DNA of 64,000 nt. It comes from Macrostomum lignano. Lineage: Eukaryota. Shown in pieces: positions 1 through 64,000 of this stretch. The stretch spans positions 1 through 64,000 of the forward strand of contig NIVC01001468.1 of the NCBI GenBank assembly GCA_002269645.1. The letters are read 5' to 3'. Numbering within the stretch: position 1 is the stretch's first letter; each line of letters opens with the position of its first letter. Below the pieces are notes generated by a model. That model ran no database searches. It had not been told where the DNA came from and saw nothing but the letters and a program-made list of their open reading frames with translations. The position numbers and the translations under genes are program-made.

Positions 1-650
1 ACTGGCTCATGATATTGGCGTCACACTAGCTCATTAATATTGGCGCCACATTGGCTCATTAATATTGGCGCCATACTGCTCATTAAAATGGCGCAACACG
101 CTCATCTGATATTGGCTCACACTAGCTCAATTAAATTGGCGCCCAACATTGCTCATTATATTGGCGCCATACTGGCTCATATATGTTGGCGCCACTTTAA
201 TATTGACGCCACTCATTAAATTGGCGCCATACTGGCTCATTAATAATTGGCGCCCCATATATGGCGGCCACACTGGCTCATTGATATTGGCGCACACTAG
301 CTATTAATATTGGCGCCACTCATTATATTGCGCCACACTGGCTTCATTAATATTGGCGCCAAACATTAATATGGTGCCACACTGACTCATTAATATTGGC
401 GCCACACTGGCTCATTAATATTGGCGCTAACACTGGCTCAGTAATATTGGTGCCCCTCATTAATATTGGCGCCACACTGGCCAGTAAATATTCGCCACAC
501 TGCTCAATAATATTGCCCCATACTGGCTCATAATATGCGCCCCTCATTAATATTGGCGCCATACTGGCTCATTAATATTGGCGCCACATCTCATCTCATT
601 TAATTTTGGCGCCACACTGGCTCATTAACATATTAATATTGGCTCACTAG
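1..650. repeat. 25-bp minisatellite CACTGGCTCATTAATATTGGCGCCA, indel-rich on the left
   Basis: Direct reading; runs off the window start. Confidence 0.95.
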
Positions 651-2162
651 AGGCAATAGACACAGACTCTTCAACACAAAACTGAGCTGAGCCTGCTCTC
701 AAAAACAGCCTGCTTCTCAATCTCACTTTGCCCCCCCCCCAGTCTCCGCCGCTCTTCATCCAACGATGCCGTCATCATTGCGCACGCAACCCCTATCAAA
801 GAACCGTTAAAAACATTATAAAAACAGTTTTGAAAAACACCGCCTGAAGGCAGTTGAAAAGAAACTTCCTGCAAATTTTCTAATATGCTTGAGCATCTCA
901 GCATCTTTGAGTGCGGATATTCAGTCTGGCAAAACCGGCTATTGCCCCCCCCCTTTTACGTAAGCGATTAATCTCGCTTCATGGTTCGAAAAGAGTTGCT
1001 GTTAGGTTTTCGGCACATGGGAGCCTAAAATGTATGCATATATACGCAGCAGCGACTGCAGGGATTGAATAGATGTCCCATACTAATCAAAGTAATGCGA
1101 TTTGGCGTTTGTCTCCCCCCAAGCTCCTCTCAATGGTAGGATGGATGATCTGGAACGGTCTTCAACCCCTACTAAGGCAATGCAATTGTCCGCCGTTAGA
1201 CTGACGGGGTGAGCAAGGTGAAAATGGCAGGAATGAGCTGACAGAGGTGTGAGCGGACAGACTTTACGTACAAGCTGACACCGTTTTTTTCTCTCTTTAC
1301 CTTACCTTAGCTTGGCCCAGAAGAGGACAGAAGCAGTGCAAAAATGAAACAAGCTGGCGAAAGTCAGGAAGTGCCACTTAAAGCAGACATTTTTGCTACA
1401 AGAAGTCACAGTAGAGTAGAGTTAAAAGCTGCAGCAGCCACTTAAGGTGCAATTCCTAAGTCCTTCTAGCATTCTCTGCTCAGAGAGGAGACTGGTACAC
1501 AGAAAGTGAGCGGGGCGGAGCAGCTCAAGTGAGCTCGCGATATCCGATTGAAATTTTCTGGAAAGCGGATCCTGCAGAAGCGGCATCTTGTAAATTACAT
1601 AAAGCGAAGGGGCATTATGAGCAAAGGAAACTCACTACTCCCACACTCTCCTAACAATCCAGCAGCTCTAATTAACTACTAAGAATTTTTTCCTCTCTGA
1701 GAAAAAAACCGCCACGCAGGTAAAATTGGCGAGAGGCAGACGCGACTTGGCGATTAGATGCCGGCGTAGAGATAAGCTATATGATTAATATATTGCTGGC
1801 ATCAATTATTAGTAGACCGGCGGGCGACTGAGCACATGTATAAATACACAGGTGCAAGCGAACTTGATAGGCGAAAATAATCATTGATAAAAATACCCAT
1901 CATAGATTTGGGCGCCACCTTGTCTACACTGGGGAGTACTAACTCTTCGAAAATTAAACTGAAACTTTCCAAATCACGCTTGACAGACATTGTGATGCCC
2001 AAAATTAGCTAGACGCCAATCGAATAATAATAGTAATTGATTACACCTGCCCCTATTGGGCCAGATGTGCAACCGACAGATCAGCCGCAGCTATTGCGTG
2101 CGCATCTGAAGACTGCGTACGGCTGTTCAGTCCAAGGACTGGGAGGGTCACCACAGACAGCC

Positions 2163-2330
2163 TCAATTACCCCAGCTAATGCTGGCACCCATTTTACAGC
2201 TGGTGAACTGAAGCAATGCAGAGTTAAGTGTCTGGCTCAAGGACACAAATTATTTCGATGGGTCGAGAATCGAACTCCCGACCTTTCAGTCGTGTGTCCG
2301 ACGCTCTAACCACTAGGCTACAACCCCGGC
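2163..2330 (-). mobile_element. tRNA-derived CORE-type (MIR-like) SINE, copy 1
   Basis: Minus strand has A box TAGCCTAGTGG and B box GTTCGATTC. Plus strand CCCATTTTACAGCTGGTGAACTG..GTTAAGTGTCTGGCTCAAGGACAC resembles the recalled MIR/CORE block. Second copy at 62240. The 3' tail may extend to ~2040. Confidence 0.75.
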
Positions 2331-4401
2331 GCCAAGCTAGTAGTGTACTGATAAGCTAGTTCAGTAGCTTATACGCATTTGAACAGATTTTTTTAAGTAG
2401 CAAACTCGAAGCCAACTGCACAAGTCTTTTTAGTTGCCGATGTGGTATTAGCTTGGGGCTCCTGGGTACTGTGTGTATCCAAGGCAAACATCTCCGTTTC
2501 CATGCAGCTCATTGCGATAAGATCGTTGATTTATAAAAGCATTGTCGGCATTTCTGCTTTGTGAGGCAAATTTTTTAAAAGCCATGTTTTCACTTTTTTT
2601 CTACTTTCGATATCGAAATTGCCCGCTGATTGTGTTTTCCGTCTTCTCTTGAAATCGTGTATAAATAAGCTGCTACTGATGAATGAAGCAGGTCTTTGCT
2701 AACTGAGTCAATCAAGGTGGTGGGGAGTAGCTTAAAAGGAAGAGGAAAAAAACCATTTGGTCACGCAGCATCTGCTCTAATATGGCCATAGGTGGCGAGA
2801 GTTGCCATCGGTTGGGAATTGACTCAATTTTTTTCGGTTGGGGGGTCGCTGGGAGTCGCCGAGTTTTTCCAGTATATATTGACAAGTGTGTTTATCTTCA
2901 CCCCGTGTCTGGCGAACGAGTGCCCTGTCTATACCATAGATGCATGCAGTTTGCTCTCCATTTCTGACTATCTGTGAGCACTGGCCGGTGTCTGCTCTCT
3001 GCCTCCTTCCCACTCTTCCCAGGCCTAATGCTGAGCAGAGCTTTGCTGGAACGTAGTAAAGGAAATTAATTTCCCCACTAAATAAGTTGACCGATACGCG
3101 TGGCCAGTGGCCCCCCGCCAGCCTCACCTCAGACCTCATCCCCCCCCTGTTCTCTGTCTCTGCTGATCCCCCGGTAGTCCGGGGCCGCCCAGTTACCTAA
3201 GCTATAGATACAAAACTGCGATGGATTGTGTACAATTGGCTCATCGCTGTATTGATACTGCCAGTAGACTACTGGGAGTAATAGAGCTTAGAGGAGGGGA
3301 AGGGAGTGAGGCTGGGAATCATGATGATGAAGGGGGTGGGTGAAGGGGGAATTGTCGCATTGAAATCCCGCTATACTTGCTGCGGACAAAGCGATAGGCT
3401 TAGCCGAGGAGAAATGAGAAGCAGAGCAGTATAGGAGCCATACAGTTAAACTAGAGACTGCTAAACCCAAGACAAGGCGAGTGATAGTGGGTGTTGGCAG
3501 TCCAGGTGAGAAATGATGGGGTAGTTGGAAAGAACAATTTGGTCCATGGCACCAGCTCCAGGTTGCTGACGGGCCTGGGTTGGTTGGTTGCTGCTTCTTG
3601 GCAGCGCTTTTGTCCTTCATATTTCTGCCTACCTGTCCCACCCTCTTTGCTTTTTCTTTTCGTCTCCCGCACCCTTGTCCGTTTCCCCCTCCCTTATCGC
3701 CAGTCGCCTTCCTTCACGCCAGAGAGAGAGAAAGACTTTTTTAGAGGGAGGGGTTTTCCAATTTTTAACACGCGGCAGCTGCAGCTTCCTCTTTGGCACT
3801 TGTGCTTGTGTTTAGCTTCATAGCCAGCCTAGCGCCACCCTTACGAGATGCTGCTGCCGACATCTCTCTCTCTTATGTGTGCATCATGCCCCCGTGTATG
3901 AATAGGCGCAGGTACCTGCCAACTTCTATTGTGCGGATTAAGGCTGCGTAGAGGACTCAAACGGAGATCTGGCTTGGCTAGGGTGGATGGAGAATAAGGA
4001 TTCTGTGTGCTAGGCCTGGGATAGGCCAGGAGGCAACGGCCAACCATTGGCTCTGCTAGACTGGGCGAGGCTCCTGCCCTGCATTCTGCTAGGTTTTGTT
4101 TGAGTCCCGAGACCTACCTCTCGTTCCCCTGATAGCCAACCCCAGACTCAGTCCGTAGCCTTACCTCGTCGGTCTCTCGCCGCCAGCAACCCCCAGCCCT
4201 CGGGGAGAGATTATTTGACCCACTACCTAACAGGGGTGTGTGTGTGGATTACTTCGCCGTGTGCGCTAAGCTTTAAATCTGCATCAAGTCAGTCTATACA
4301 AAGCAAGCATAAACGGTCAGGAGGTTTTTCGTTGCCAAAATCGAAATTTCGGCAGTCCTATACTGCACTGTTCGAGCATGGAAACACGAGTTGAATGCTC
4401 G

Positions 4402-4415
4402 GTTACTATGGCAAC
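4402..4415. promoter_or_regulatory. RFX X-box-like palindrome GTTACTATGGCAAC
   Basis: Matches GTTRCYATGGYAAC; ~180 nt upstream of the exon-1 ATG. Confidence 0.5.
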
Positions 4416-4596
4416 TTGAATCTGTTCGATATTGAGAACTCGGGTGGATTCGAACTGCTGTTTACTCGCCGGTTAAGCTTCTCCCATCTCTTTTCTAATC
4501 CAAAAAGTCGCCATGCGTTCTCCTGCGAAGTTTGCCGACAGATTCTAGCCCAGGAATTGTTTAAGTTATAACAAAAACACTGGAAGCAGCGGGCCG

Positions 4597-63876
<59,280 letters not shown>

Positions 63877-64000
63877 GTAAGTCTTGTATTGTTGGGTGGG
63901 GATTAGCGATCGATTATCGATAATACGGTGACGGATTTGAATGATGTCCATAGAGTAATGGGTGGCTAGTTGTGGGAGAAAGCTCCAGGGGTAGCGACAC

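Noticed and set aside
63877-64000. Cytoplasmic PTP domains
   Set aside because: Not in the window; the sequence after 63876 is intronic, so catalytic function cannot be confirmed here.

Overview
Eukaryotic (animal) genomic DNA. The very high minisatellite load, GC-rich exons with poly-Gly inserts and a MIR-like tRNA-derived SINE suggest an invertebrate, plausibly a free-living flatworm such as Macrostomum; this is inference only. Almost the whole window (4597 to beyond 64000, + strand) is one spliced gene for a LAR/type IIa receptor protein tyrosine phosphatase-like protein. I joined 13 core exons by hand with consistent GT-AG phases (4562 nt, ~1520 aa). They encode a signal peptide, 3 Ig domains, 9 FN3 repeats, the LAR membrane-proximal FN3-like domain and a transmembrane helix. 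The phosphatase domains would lie beyond the window. About a third of the window (~21 kb) is ~30 mostly unrelated tandem arrays in introns, and these explain nearly all other ORF-track entries. The main signals are: (1) hidden frame-preserving micro/mini-exons of 6, 15, 51 and 102 nt, one at the vertebrate mini-exon B position, plus weaker candidates at the mini-exon A position; (2) an in-frame second signal peptide inside intron 10, suggesting an internally initiated short receptor; (3) minisatellites built from splice-signal or transcription-factor motifs beside exons, including a tandem-amplified 5' splice site, an intron made of GCATG/CTCACAG units, and AP-1, CCAAT and E2F-like arrays. No CRISPR, rRNA or intact tRNA gene was seen.
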